From an uncultured virus (IMG/VR IMGVR_UViG_3300021958_011310) (Duplodnaviria > Heunggongvirae > Uroviricota > Caudoviricetes), in the IMG/VR virus record IMGVR_UViG_3300021958_011310: a stretch of DNA of 64,000 nt, one strand, 5' to 3'. Of the stretch, positions 20,742 through 30,158 are shown one piece after another. The translations under genes and the position numbers were made by a program. Below the pieces are notes generated by a model. The model made no database searches, was not told the origin of the DNA, and worked only from the letters and a program-made list of their open reading frames with translations. How positions within the stretch are numbered: the first letter of the stretch is position 1; each line of letters begins with the position of its first letter.

Positions 20742-21652
20742 AAATTTTAATAACAGGGGCGTCAGGCTTCTTGGGCCGACATTTAACACCAAGGTTAGAG
20801 CGTGGCAATGAGCTACTAACGCCAACTTCTAAACAGTTAGATGTGTCAGACTATGATGCGTTGCAACAATATTTTTACGATCACGATTTTGACACCATTA
20901 TCCACCTAGCTGCCCGATGTGGAGGTATTGGCGCTAATAAAAATAACCCAGCGGTTTTTTTTGAGAAAAACCTTCAGATGTCAACCAATATTCTTAAGCT
21001 TGCTAGCGAATTTGACGCAATCAAAAAGATGATAACTTTAGGTTCTGTTTGTTCATACCCTAAATTCACAGAGGTGCCATTTAAAGAAGAAAACATTTGG
21101 AATGGCTACCCTGAAGAAACTAACGCTCCTTACGGTATAGCTAAGAGATCGTTAATGATGGGTTGCCAATACTACAACCAACAGTACGGTGATAATTTTG
21201 TCCACCTTATTCCTGTTAACATGTACGGAGAGTATGATCATTTTGATTTACAGAACTCTCATGTTATCCCAGCGCTAATTCGTAAGATGCACGAAGCAAA
21301 GATGTCTGGAGCTTCTAGTGTTACTGTATGGGGTGATGGCTCAGCATCAAGAGAGTTTCTTTATGCGGGAGACTGTGCTGAAGCTATCGAACTTGCATTA
21401 AAACTTTACAACTCTCCTGAACCAGTAAACATAGGGACGGGCCAAGAAATAACAATAAAAGATTTAGTAGAAAAAATAAAAAACGTAGTAGAATATAAAG
21501 GTGATATTGTATATGATACAACAAAGCCAAACGGTCAACCTCGCAGATGCTTAGACACTTCTAAAGCAGAATCTAAGCTTTGCTTTCAGGCTAGAACTTC
21601 TTTTGATATAGGGTTAAGAAAAACTTATAACTGGTTTCTAAAAAATGAATAG
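20738..21652 (+). CDS. fcl: GDP-L-fucose synthase
   Basis: GASGFLG, HLAARCGGIGAN, YGIAK, SHVIPAL and REFLY motifs. Confidence 0.93.
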   Translation: MKILITGASGFLGRHLTPRLERGNELLTPTSKQLDVSDYDALQQYFYDHDFDTIIHLAARCGGIGANKNNPAVFFEKNLQMSTNILKLASEFDAIKKMITLGSVCSYPKFTEVPFKEENIWNGYPEETNAPYGIAKRSLMMGCQYYNQQYGDNFVHLIPVNMYGEYDHFDLQNSHVIPALIRKMHEAKMSGASSVTVWGDGSASREFLYAGDCAEAIELALKLYNSPEPVNIGTGQEITIKDLVEKIKNVVEYKGDIVYDTTKPNGQPRRCLDTSKAESKLCFQARTSFDIGLRKTYNWFLKNE

Positions 21653-22265
21653 TTACGGATTAAACGAATTAGATTTAAAAATTTTCAATATTGTTAAGCA
21701 TATTGAAAATGGATTTTTTATTGAGGCTGGAGCTAACGATGGGGTAAGACAGAACAATACCCTTGTTCTTGAGCAATATTTAAACTGGAAAGGCTTATTG
21801 GTTGAACCTAACAAAAAACTATATAATATATGTAAAAAGTGTAGGCCAAATTCTATAGTTGAAAATTACTGTCTTGTTTCAGATAAAAAAGAGGACTCTA
21901 CAATCCAAGGTTTTTTTGGCGACACAGGTTACGCAGAAAGCTTAATGGCCCAAGTTGCAGACCTTGATGAAAAGCATGACATAAACAAAGGTGCAAAAGC
22001 GATATCAGTACCTTGCTGCACATTAAACTCTTTACTGCTAAAACACAGCATTAATAAGATTGATCTTTTCGTTCTGGACGTTGAAGGGTACGAAAAGGAA
22101 GTTTTAGAAGGTTTTGACATAAGGAAATACAAGCCTTCGTTTATAGTGATAGAAGTTTTTGACACTTCAAAGTATAAGGATCATATCTTTGAATACTTTA
22201 ACGAAGCTGGGTATAGCAACGAAGGGCTAATATCTCACCATGATTACTTATTTAAAATAAAATGA
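21645..22265 (+). CDS. FkbM family methyltransferase
   Basis: IEAGANDG, LVEPN and LDVEGYE motifs. Confidence 0.85.
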   Translation: MNSYGLNELDLKIFNIVKHIENGFFIEAGANDGVRQNNTLVLEQYLNWKGLLVEPNKKLYNICKKCRPNSIVENYCLVSDKKEDSTIQGFFGDTGYAESLMAQVADLDEKHDINKGAKAISVPCCTLNSLLLKHSINKIDLFVLDVEGYEKEVLEGFDIRKYKPSFIVIEVFDTSKYKDHIFEYFNEAGYSNEGLISHHDYLFKIK

Positions 22266-23365
22266 ACAATATTATCATAGTCACAGGTGTTACAGGGCAA
22301 GATGGTAGCCACATGGTGGATTACCTATTAAAAAATACTAATTACAATATAGTTGGTACAGTCAGAAGGTTATCAGTATCAAATCATGATAATTTAAAAC
22401 ATATAGATTCAGATAGGTTTGAGAAGGTTTATTTTGATTTAAACGATAATGAATCAATACAAAACGTAATTCAAAAATATAAACCTAAATACTTTATTAA
22501 CCTTGCTGCTCAAAGCTTTGTCGCAGCAAGTTGGGATATTCCAGTATCTACTTGGAACACTAACGCCACGGGGGTTCTGCATATTTTAGAAGCTATACGT
22601 AAGTATAGCCCTGAAACACGATTTTACAACGCTGGCACAAGTGAAGAATTTGGAGATGTTCAATATTCGCCACAAGACGAAAAACATCCGTTAAGACCAA
22701 GGTCTCCATATGGTGCAGCTAAAGCTGGGGCTAGACATCTAGTAAAGGTTTATAGAGATAGTTACGGAATCTATGCTGTACAGGGTTGGTTATTTAATCA
22801 CGAAGGAACTCGCCGTGGAGAAGAGTTCGTGACTCGTAAAATTTCTAAGGGTGTAGCAAAAATACACCAAAGCTTAAATAAATCACAAATCGTCGAACCT
22901 ATTACTTTAGGCAACCTTGAAGCAAAAAGAGATTGGAGCGATGCAGAAGATTTTGTGGACGGGATCTGGAGAATGTTAAATCAAGATAAATACCGTCAAG
23001 ATTGGAAAGATAATAGCAGTATTCGTGATTACGTTATATCCTCTGGAGAAACTCACACTATTAGAGAATTTATAGAGGAATCTTTTAAATGTATCGGTAT
23101 GGATAGTAGCTGCGTATATTGGCGAGGTAAAGGTACAGATGAGGTATTGTATTTTATGGATGATATCAGTTACACAACGGCGGTTGTCAAAACAAAACTG
23201 GTAACCATCAATAAAGATTTTTATAGGCCAGCCGAAGTTGAGTTATTGCTGGGCTCGCATGACAAAATTTTAAAAGAGTTAGGGTGGAGACCAAAAAACT
23301 CTTTTAAGGATCTTGTGAAAAAAATGGTGGACAATGACATTTTTTTACTTGAATCTTCCCCTTAG
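22262..23365 (+). CDS. gmd: GDP-mannose 4,6-dehydratase
   Basis: TGVTGQDG, LAAQS, PRSPYGAAK, FVTRKI and RPAEV motifs. Confidence 0.95.
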   Translation: MNNIIIVTGVTGQDGSHMVDYLLKNTNYNIVGTVRRLSVSNHDNLKHIDSDRFEKVYFDLNDNESIQNVIQKYKPKYFINLAAQSFVAASWDIPVSTWNTNATGVLHILEAIRKYSPETRFYNAGTSEEFGDVQYSPQDEKHPLRPRSPYGAAKAGARHLVKVYRDSYGIYAVQGWLFNHEGTRRGEEFVTRKISKGVAKIHQSLNKSQIVEPITLGNLEAKRDWSDAEDFVDGIWRMLNQDKYRQDWKDNSSIRDYVISSGETHTIREFIEESFKCIGMDSSCVYWRGKGTDEVLYFMDDISYTTAVVKTKLVTINKDFYRPAEVELLLGSHDKILKELGWRPKNSFKDLVKKMVDNDIFLLESSP

Positions 23366-23398
23366 ATGGTGTAATATACTTATCAGAGAAATTAAAGC

Positions 23399-23425
23399 AA
23401 CCTTATCATTTTGATAAGGTTTTTT
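23399..23425 (+). terminator. Rho-independent terminator
   Basis: AACCTTATCA-TTT-TGATAAGGTT hairpin followed by a T run. Confidence 0.7.
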
Positions 23426-23486
23426 ACTAACTTGAAACAGATATTCTCTCTCCCCTTCAGGGGTGTAACCTCTTTTACCTAAAATT

Positions 23487-24455
23487 ATGATTTTCGACGA
23501 ACAAATATCACGCAAACCTGATCACTATCCTTGGACTGAAGAGTTCAGGCGTTCTATGTGGGATGGCCACTGGACAGACAAAGAATTTTCATTTTCTTCT
23601 GATATTCAAGACTTTCACGTTAAACTTACGGATCAAGAGCAACAGATTATTATTAGAACTCTATCTGCGATTGGTCAAATTGAGGTTGCGGTTAAAACTT
23701 TTTGGGCTAAAATTGGAGATAATTTACCTCACCCATCTATTCGTGATCTGGGCTATGTCATGGCTAATATTGAAGTAATTCATAATGAAGCTTACGAGAG
23801 GTTATTAAAGCTTCTTGATTTAGAAGAGGTGTTTGAAGAAAACATGAAACTTGACTTTATCGAGGGTAGAGTTAAGTATTTAAGAAAATACACTCATAGA
23901 TTTTACAAGGATTCAAAAAAACAATTTGTATATGCACTAATATTATTTACTTTGTTTGTTGAAAACACATCTTTGTTTAGCCAATTTTATGTGATAAACT
24001 GGTTCGGTAAGAAAAATTTATTAAAAGATACTAATCAGCAAACAAAATATACTGCTAGAGAAGAAGATATTCATGCTAAGATTGGCATTAAGCTTCTAAA
24101 CACTATTAAAGAAGAGCACCCTGAGCTATTTGACGATGATTTAGAGCAGAAAATTTTACACGAAGCTAGGGAAGCATTCAAAGCTGAAGAAAAAATTATA
24201 GACTGGATAGTCAATGGTATTAAAAAAGATTTGCTTTCTGCTGACATTCTTAAAGAATTTGTTAAAAACAGAATTAATGAGTCTCTTGATCAAATAGGGT
24301 TTGAAAAAATCTTCGATATTAACGAAGAAACAATTTCACGTACAACTTGGTTCGATGAAGAGGTTTTAGGCAACATGATGACAGACTTTTTTGCCTCTCG
24401 CCCTACAGAATATTCAAAATCAAACAAAAGTTTTAGCGAAGCAGACTTATTCTAA
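23487..24455 (+). CDS. nrdB: Ribonucleotide reductase class I beta subunit
   Basis: EVIHNEAY, REEDIH and DFF...PTEYS motifs. Confidence 0.93.
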   Translation: MIFDEQISRKPDHYPWTEEFRRSMWDGHWTDKEFSFSSDIQDFHVKLTDQEQQIIIRTLSAIGQIEVAVKTFWAKIGDNLPHPSIRDLGYVMANIEVIHNEAYERLLKLLDLEEVFEENMKLDFIEGRVKYLRKYTHRFYKDSKKQFVYALILFTLFVENTSLFSQFYVINWFGKKNLLKDTNQQTKYTAREEDIHAKIGIKLLNTIKEEHPELFDDDLEQKILHEAREAFKAEEKIIDWIVNGIKKDLLSADILKEFVKNRINESLDQIGFEKIFDINEETISRTTWFDEEVLGNMMTDFFASRPTEYSKSNKSFSEADLF

Positions 24456-24459
24456 AAAT

Positions 24460-26106
24460 ATGGACAAATTTTACTGGTTAAACGAGGACTCAAGAAGGTT
24501 TCTCAAGAGGGGCTACTTAAAAGATGGTCAAACAGCAGAAGAGCGAATTAAAGAAATATCAGACAATGCAGAAAAAATTTTAAAAATTAAAGGTTTTTCT
24601 GATAAATTTTACAGCTACATGAGTAAAGGTTTTTATTCTTTAGCTACGCCTGTGTGGACAAATTTTGGAAACCATAGAGGTTTACCTGTTTCATGTTTTA
24701 ATTCTCATGTAGATGATACTATGGAGTCTATTTTGTATAAGGCTGCTGAAGTAGGTATGATGAGCAAAATGGGAGGAGGTACATCTGGCTATTTTGGAGA
24801 CCTAAGGCATAGAGGTGCTCATATAAGTGTCGGAGGAGAGTCTAGCGGACCAGTTCATTTTTTAGAAATATTTGATAAAATTTCGGAAGTGGTTAGTCAA
24901 GGTAGTGCAAGGCGGGGCAGCTTTGCCGCTTATCTACCTATTGAACATCCTGATATAGAAGAGTTTTTGAAAATTAGAGGCAGCGGCCACCCTATACAGA
25001 ACCTAAGTATAGCTGTAACGATAAAGAATGATTGGATGCAGTCGATGGTGGGGGGAGATTCTAAAAAAAGAGCTATTTGGGGTAAAGTTATACGTAAGCG
25101 TTTTGAAACAGGTTATCCTTATATTAGTTTTATCGATAATATAAATGATAATAACCCTAAAGTTTACAAAGATAAAGGGTTAGAAGTGAAGTCTCAGAAT
25201 TTATGCAATGAGATAGCTTTGGCCTCTGATAGCAACAACTCTTTTGTTTGTGTTCTTTCGTCTGTCAATTTGGTTCATTGGGATGAAATTGAAAAAACTG
25301 ATGCAATAGAGACTTTAACTTATTTTCTTGATGCTGTTAATGAAGAATTTGTCAAGAAAACCAAAGACATTCCTTTTATGAAGCACCCTCATAATTTTGC
25401 TAAAAACCATAGGGCTTTAGGGTTGGGTGTTTTAGGTTGGCATTCTTTGCTTCAATCAAAGAGTGTTTCTTTTGAGTCGTTTGAGGCTAAAATGCTTAAT
25501 AGTAAAATATTTGAAGTATTAAGAAAAAAATGCGACAAAGCCTCAGAAGAGTTGGCTGATTTATGTGGTGAAGCTCCAATTCTTAAGGGTTATGGTAGGC
25601 GAAACACTCACACAATTGCGATTGCTCCAACCACATCAAGCTCTTTTATTTTAGGGCAAGTTTCCCCATCGATAGAGCCTCTTAACTCTAATTATTTTGT
25701 TAAAGATTTAGCAAAGGGCAAATTTACTTACAAAAACCCTTATTTAAAAGATTTATTACAATCAAAAAATAAAGATACAGCTGATGTTTGGAAATCTATT
25801 TTGGTTAAAGGGGGATCTGTACAACATTTAAAATTCTTATCCGAAGAAGAAAAGGATATTTTTAAAACTTTTGGTGAAATATCTCAAAAAGAAGTTGTTA
25901 TACAGGCTTCCACTAGACAAAAACACATCGATCAGGGTCAGTCACTTAATGTAATGGTACCTTTAGAAGCTAGTCCTAAAGAAGTTAGCCAGCTCCTTAT
26001 AGAAGGATGGGAACTAGGTATTAAAGGTTTTTATTATCAAAGAAGTGCTAATCCTGCACAAGAACTTTCAAGGAGTATATCTAAATGTTCTTCATGTGAA
26101 GGGTAA
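24460..26106 (+). CDS. nrdA: Ribonucleotide reductase class I alpha subunit (short, no ATP cone)
   Basis: SCF, NLCNEI, APTTSSS and YYQR motifs; C-terminal CSSCEG. Confidence 0.93.
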   Translation: MDKFYWLNEDSRRFLKRGYLKDGQTAEERIKEISDNAEKILKIKGFSDKFYSYMSKGFYSLATPVWTNFGNHRGLPVSCFNSHVDDTMESILYKAAEVGMMSKMGGGTSGYFGDLRHRGAHISVGGESSGPVHFLEIFDKISEVVSQGSARRGSFAAYLPIEHPDIEEFLKIRGSGHPIQNLSIAVTIKNDWMQSMVGGDSKKRAIWGKVIRKRFETGYPYISFIDNINDNNPKVYKDKGLEVKSQNLCNEIALASDSNNSFVCVLSSVNLVHWDEIEKTDAIETLTYFLDAVNEEFVKKTKDIPFMKHPHNFAKNHRALGLGVLGWHSLLQSKSVSFESFEAKMLNSKIFEVLRKKCDKASEELADLCGEAPILKGYGRRNTHTIAIAPTTSSSFILGQVSPSIEPLNSNYFVKDLAKGKFTYKNPYLKDLLQSKNKDTADVWKSILVKGGSVQHLKFLSEEEKDIFKTFGEISQKEVVIQASTRQKHIDQGQSLNVMVPLEASPKEVSQLLIEGWELGIKGFYYQRSANPAQELSRSISKCSSCEG

Positions 26107-26154
26107 ATACTTTTTTCATTTTGAGCTCTTTTCAGTGTATAATTATTTGTAATC

Positions 26155-26736
26155 ATGGATAAAAAGCAAATAAACCTAGCAGAAAGATCTGGACCAAAAA
26201 GTTCAGCTCAAACCCCTGCAAAGCCAGAAGAAAAAAAGAAGGGCTCTAAAACGAATCCTCCCGGATCTGCTGGAACCAAACCTGATGCCAAAGAAAAAGC
26301 GCAAAAAAACTTGGAACGCAAGGATGATAAAAAGTTAGTTAGTGCAGCTATTACTTTTTCAGAAAGGGTAACTAAAGCTTTAAAAAATAAAGTTTCAGAG
26401 CATAACAAAAAATATTCTAAAAAAGTTTCACTTACTCAGCTTAAAAAGGTTTATCGTCGTGGTGCAGGAGCATTTTCTTCTTCTCATCGCCCCGGCAAAT
26501 CTAGAGATCAATGGGCTATGGCTAGAGTGAATATGTTTTTAAAAATGATGCGTGGAGGCAAAGTAAAAGACGCTTACAAAAAAGCGGACCAAGACATTGC
26601 TAAAAGTAGTACAGATTTTTATAAAAACATTGATAAATTTGGAGACCCGTTGATGGATGTGCAAAGAGTTGGAGCATCTGTAGAATTTACAAAAGTAGAG
26701 CTTTATAATGCCGCAGAACACTTAAACAAATTTTAA
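26155..26736 (+). CDS. Conserved phage hypothetical basic protein
   Basis: LKKVYRRGAGAF..SHRPG..QWAMARVN motif. Confidence 0.6.
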   Translation: MDKKQINLAERSGPKSSAQTPAKPEEKKKGSKTNPPGSAGTKPDAKEKAQKNLERKDDKKLVSAAITFSERVTKALKNKVSEHNKKYSKKVSLTQLKKVYRRGAGAFSSSHRPGKSRDQWAMARVNMFLKMMRGGKVKDAYKKADQDIAKSSTDFYKNIDKFGDPLMDVQRVGASVEFTKVELYNAAEHLNKF

Positions 26737-26737
26737 T

Positions 26738-27406
26738 ATGAATATTAAAGTAAATTTAACCGACAGTATAGCAGCAGACAAAGAGAATAAAACTCTAAAT
26801 AAACCTTTTAGAACACCTAAAGGTCCTAAAAAATTTGCTGTTTATGTGAAAAATGAAAAAGGCAATATTGTGATTGTACGCTTTGGGGACCCTAATATGG
26901 AAATCAAACGCGACGACCCACAACGCCGTAAAAACTTTAGGTCAAGGCATAATTGCTCTGATCCGGGGCCTAAGTGGAAGGCTCGATACTGGAGCTGTAA
27001 AATGTGGGAAGCAGGTAAATCAGTTACAGATTATATTAAGGGGTCATGGGACGGCAAAGAGTTATGGGACCATCAGCAACTTTTATCAATAAACCCGAAT
27101 TTATCATTAGCTAAAGAAGAAGATGACTGTGATTGCGGCGGAGGTTGTGGCTGCGATGTTAGTGAAGCTAGTGATTATGAGTTGGGTATGGCAAAAGCTC
27201 AACTTAATAAAGCCCAAGCTCAAATAATAGAACTGCTTAAAATGATGGAAGGCATGAAAGATGATGCTGAAATGGAAGCGTGGGTCCAATCAAAAATTAC
27301 TAAGATTTCTGATTACGTGAACTCTATTCACGGTTATCTCATTTACTATAATGATACCGAAGAAGAAGGGGTCATCGAAAGCTCTAATAACAAAACGATA
27401 ATTTAA
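26738..27406 (+). CDS. Conserved phage hypothetical protein
   Basis: KKFAVYV..VRFGD..RKNFRSRHNC..ARYWSC motif. Confidence 0.6.
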   Translation: MNIKVNLTDSIAADKENKTLNKPFRTPKGPKKFAVYVKNEKGNIVIVRFGDPNMEIKRDDPQRRKNFRSRHNCSDPGPKWKARYWSCKMWEAGKSVTDYIKGSWDGKELWDHQQLLSINPNLSLAKEEDDCDCGGGCGCDVSEASDYELGMAKAQLNKAQAQIIELLKMMEGMKDDAEMEAWVQSKITKISDYVNSIHGYLIYYNDTEEEGVIESSNNKTII

Positions 27407-27407
27407 A

Positions 27408-27914
27408 ATGAAAGATCACAAACAAAATTTAGAAGTCTCATTTGCCGATTACGGCAAAGATGAAATGGAAATTAAAGGCGAATTCATGAGTTCTTGCGCT
27501 ATGGATGATAAACTTTATGTCAACACAGCCGGATTAAGCAATAAAGACACTGCTTCTATGTGTGCTATGCAATATATGAAAATGCGCCCTGAAATACTTG
27601 AAACAGGAAAAGGAGGTCTTACAGAGAAACAAAAAAAACTTCCACCCGCTCTTCAAAAAGCTATTCTTAAAAGAATGGAAAAGAAAGGCGAGCTTGGGGA
27701 AGAAGGTCAAAAAGAAGCAGAAGGGCTTGAAGCGACCCAGATTGCAGTTTTCCCTGATAAAAAAATTCCTGTTGAAGAAGTAGGAACCCCTTATCAAGAT
27801 ATGAGGCCAATTAATAAAGATGGCTACAAAATAGATGAAGAATTAAAAGACAAAGCAAAAAAAGAAAAACTTAAAAACCCTGATTTACAATCTGTTTCCC
27901 CGCCTCAATCATAA
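27408..27914 (+). CDS. Hypothetical protein
   Basis: 168-aa ORF in the same operon. Confidence 0.6.
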   Translation: MKDHKQNLEVSFADYGKDEMEIKGEFMSSCAMDDKLYVNTAGLSNKDTASMCAMQYMKMRPEILETGKGGLTEKQKKLPPALQKAILKRMEKKGELGEEGQKEAEGLEATQIAVFPDKKIPVEEVGTPYQDMRPINKDGYKIDEELKDKAKKEKLKNPDLQSVSPPQS

Positions 27915-27957
27915 GCCTATTGGTGTATAGGTAATACCAGCAATTCATCTTGCTACT

Positions 27958-27984
27958 AAAAGAGCCCAAAGGGGCTCTTTTTTT
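27958..27984 (+). terminator. Rho-independent (likely bidirectional) terminator
   Basis: AAAAGAGCCC-AAAG-GGGCTCTTTT hairpin. Confidence 0.85.
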
Positions 27985-27985
27985 A

Positions 27986-28013
27986 TTGACTTAATGGTTC
28001 GATGTGTTAATAT
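27986..28013 (+). promoter_or_regulatory. Sigma70-type promoter of the replication operon
   Basis: TTGACT-16 bp-TAATAT, 8 bp before the ATG at 28021. Confidence 0.55.
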
Positions 28014-28020
28014 TGTTTAC

Positions 28021-28353
28021 ATGCCTAAAGTAGCCTTCAGTAAAATTATCGAAAAACATATCGAAGTAACAAAGGCTAGAGGTTTTTGGTCAAAAGAAAC
28101 CAAGCTCTTAAAAAAACTTATAGAGAAATATCCTAATTTAGAATTCTGGCAAAAAACTGAATTTAGACCTAAGTTAAAATCTTTCGCTCAACTTATGGCA
28201 GAACCTCTAGAGGAACATTTGAGAGTAAAGTATAGAGATTTTCATCGTGTTTCCCGTAAAGATGAAGATATAATAATTTACGATAAAAAATTCGGCAAAG
28301 ATATAACCAGAAAAAATAAACCACAATCTATTAGAAGTTTTTTAAATGGCTAG
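28021..28353 (+). CDS. Hypothetical protein
   Basis: First ORF of the replication operon. Confidence 0.6.
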   Translation: MPKVAFSKIIEKHIEVTKARGFWSKETKLLKKLIEKYPNLEFWQKTEFRPKLKSFAQLMAEPLEEHLRVKYRDFHRVSRKDEDIIIYDKKFGKDITRKNKPQSIRSFLNG

Positions 28354-29485
28354 AACTAAATCAAAAACATCAAATTCAACCCCTCTCACAGTGAACGATA
28401 AGCTTTCAAATTTTTTGAAAACTAATCAAGAGAATCATTATAATTTTGAAGAAGACATAGATTACAAAGTGTCTTACGGGAGCCTAGTTGTAGACTTTGA
28501 ATTGCAAGGCGGCATTGGCCCCGGATTACATCGGTTTACAGGCATGAACGAAGGGGGTAAAACCTCTGCTGCATTAGAGGTGATGCGCAATTTTCTTAAC
28601 ACAGTGCCTAATTCTAGAGGCTTTTATATTAAAGCTGAAGGCAGGTTGTCCCAAAACATGAAAGATCGCTCAGGAGTAGAGTTCACAAATAAACCTGAAG
28701 AATGGCAAAATGGAAATTGTTTTGTATTTGAATGCAATGTTTACGAAACAGTTGTCGAGGCAATGCGCAATCTTGTTTATGATAACTCTGAAGGTATTAG
28801 ATATTTTTTCTTATTAGATAGTGTAGACGGTCTAATCACAAAGAATGACGCAGAAAAAAGTTTTGAAGAGTCTTCTAAAGTCGCTGGAGGGGCAGTTATT
28901 GCTGCGACATTTATGAAAAGAGTTAGTATAGCTCTTGCTAAACGAGGGCATATGGCGGTTTTCATTAGTCAAGTCCGTGCAGACATAAAATTAGACCCTT
29001 ACAGTAAAGCTCCTATAAGGCAAACTACAGCTACGGGAGGTAATGCTTTATTGCATTTTGCTAATTATATCTTTGAATTTGAGCCTAGATTTAAAACTGA
29101 TATGATCCTACAAAAGCCTTTAGAAAAATATGACCCTCAAAAAAACCCATACATAGGTCACTATGCAAAAATTACGGTAAAGAAAAGTCCAAATGAAAAA
29201 ACTAATTCTGTAATTCGCTATCCTATTATTTATGGTCGTATTGGAGGAAAGAGTATCTGGAACGAGAAAGAAATATTAGATATGCTATATTTGTGGGGTC
29301 ACGCTGAAAAGAAGGGGGCGTGGATATCTATCTCTACAGACTTAAGAAACGAAGCGCTAGAGCACAAAATTGAAATACCAGAAACAATACAAGGCGAAAA
29401 TAAGTTTAATACTTTAGTGGAAGAAGATGAAAAAATCAAAAACTTTTTCATAAAATACTTCAGAGACTTAATTTTGTCTGAATGA
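28346..29485 (+). CDS. recA: RecA/UvsX-like recombinase
   Basis: GMNEGGKT Walker A, LLDSV, FISQVR and TGGNALLH motifs. Confidence 0.85.
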   Translation: MARTKSKTSNSTPLTVNDKLSNFLKTNQENHYNFEEDIDYKVSYGSLVVDFELQGGIGPGLHRFTGMNEGGKTSAALEVMRNFLNTVPNSRGFYIKAEGRLSQNMKDRSGVEFTNKPEEWQNGNCFVFECNVYETVVEAMRNLVYDNSEGIRYFFLLDSVDGLITKNDAEKSFEESSKVAGGAVIAATFMKRVSIALAKRGHMAVFISQVRADIKLDPYSKAPIRQTTATGGNALLHFANYIFEFEPRFKTDMILQKPLEKYDPQKNPYIGHYAKITVKKSPNEKTNSVIRYPIIYGRIGGKSIWNEKEILDMLYLWGHAEKKGAWISISTDLRNEALEHKIEIPETIQGENKFNTLVEEDEKIKNFFIKYFRDLILSE

Positions 29486-29889
29486 TATTTAAAACACTAT
29501 TCGGGTCTACAAAAAAACTAAAGAAAGCATCTTCGTATAGGGTTGCTTGGGCTAAAGATAGTCGAAGCAAATTTCAAAAGAAAGTAAAAAATATACTTTA
29601 TGCTTACTGGGAGAATCATATAGTATTTGAAGAATTCCCTATTGTAGGCACTCGCTTGACATTGGACTTCTACAATGCTACATTAAATATAGCTATTGAA
29701 GTTCAAGGGAGGCAACATACTGAATACGTTGAATTTTTCCATGGCAAAAGTAAGATGAACTACCTTAAGCAACTTAAGAGAGATCAAGATAAACTTAATT
29801 TTTGCGAAATCAATAATATTATGCTAATAGAAATCCACGATGAAGAAGATATGGATTATTTACGCCAAATGTTAGCTGAAGGAAAGTAA
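29482..29889 (+). CDS. PD-(D/E)XK/Vsr-like endonuclease
   Basis: LDFY..IAIEVQGRQH and RDQDK motifs. Confidence 0.7.
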   Translation: MIFKTLFGSTKKLKKASSYRVAWAKDSRSKFQKKVKNILYAYWENHIVFEEFPIVGTRLTLDFYNATLNIAIEVQGRQHTEYVEFFHGKSKMNYLKQLKRDQDKLNFCEINNIMLIEIHDEEDMDYLRQMLAEGK

Positions 29890-29905
29890 TAGTGTAATAT
29901 ATATT

Positions 29906-30157
29906 ATGGATCACACAGATAATAATAATGGGGTGCCAGAAGTCATAATGGATAAGCTTTATGAGTTTACTAATAATGGCCAATATGGAGGGTTTATTTT
30001 GGCTTACGTAGATAATAGCGGTAGCGTTTCGATAAACTGCAAAGTAGGATCTCAGGTGGTTGAATTAGGTTTAAGAAAATCTTTAGAAAAATTTCTTGAT
30101 CAAATTGAGCTGAGCGAGACAACTATGCCCCAACAAGACCCGGACGAATTAGAGTAA
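29906..30157 (+). CDS. Hypothetical protein
   Basis: 83-aa ORF preceded by a GTGTAAT motif. Confidence 0.6.
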   Translation: MDHTDNNNGVPEVIMDKLYEFTNNGQYGGFILAYVDNSGSVSINCKVGSQVVELGLRKSLEKFLDQIELSETTMPQQDPDELE

Positions 30158-30158
30158 G

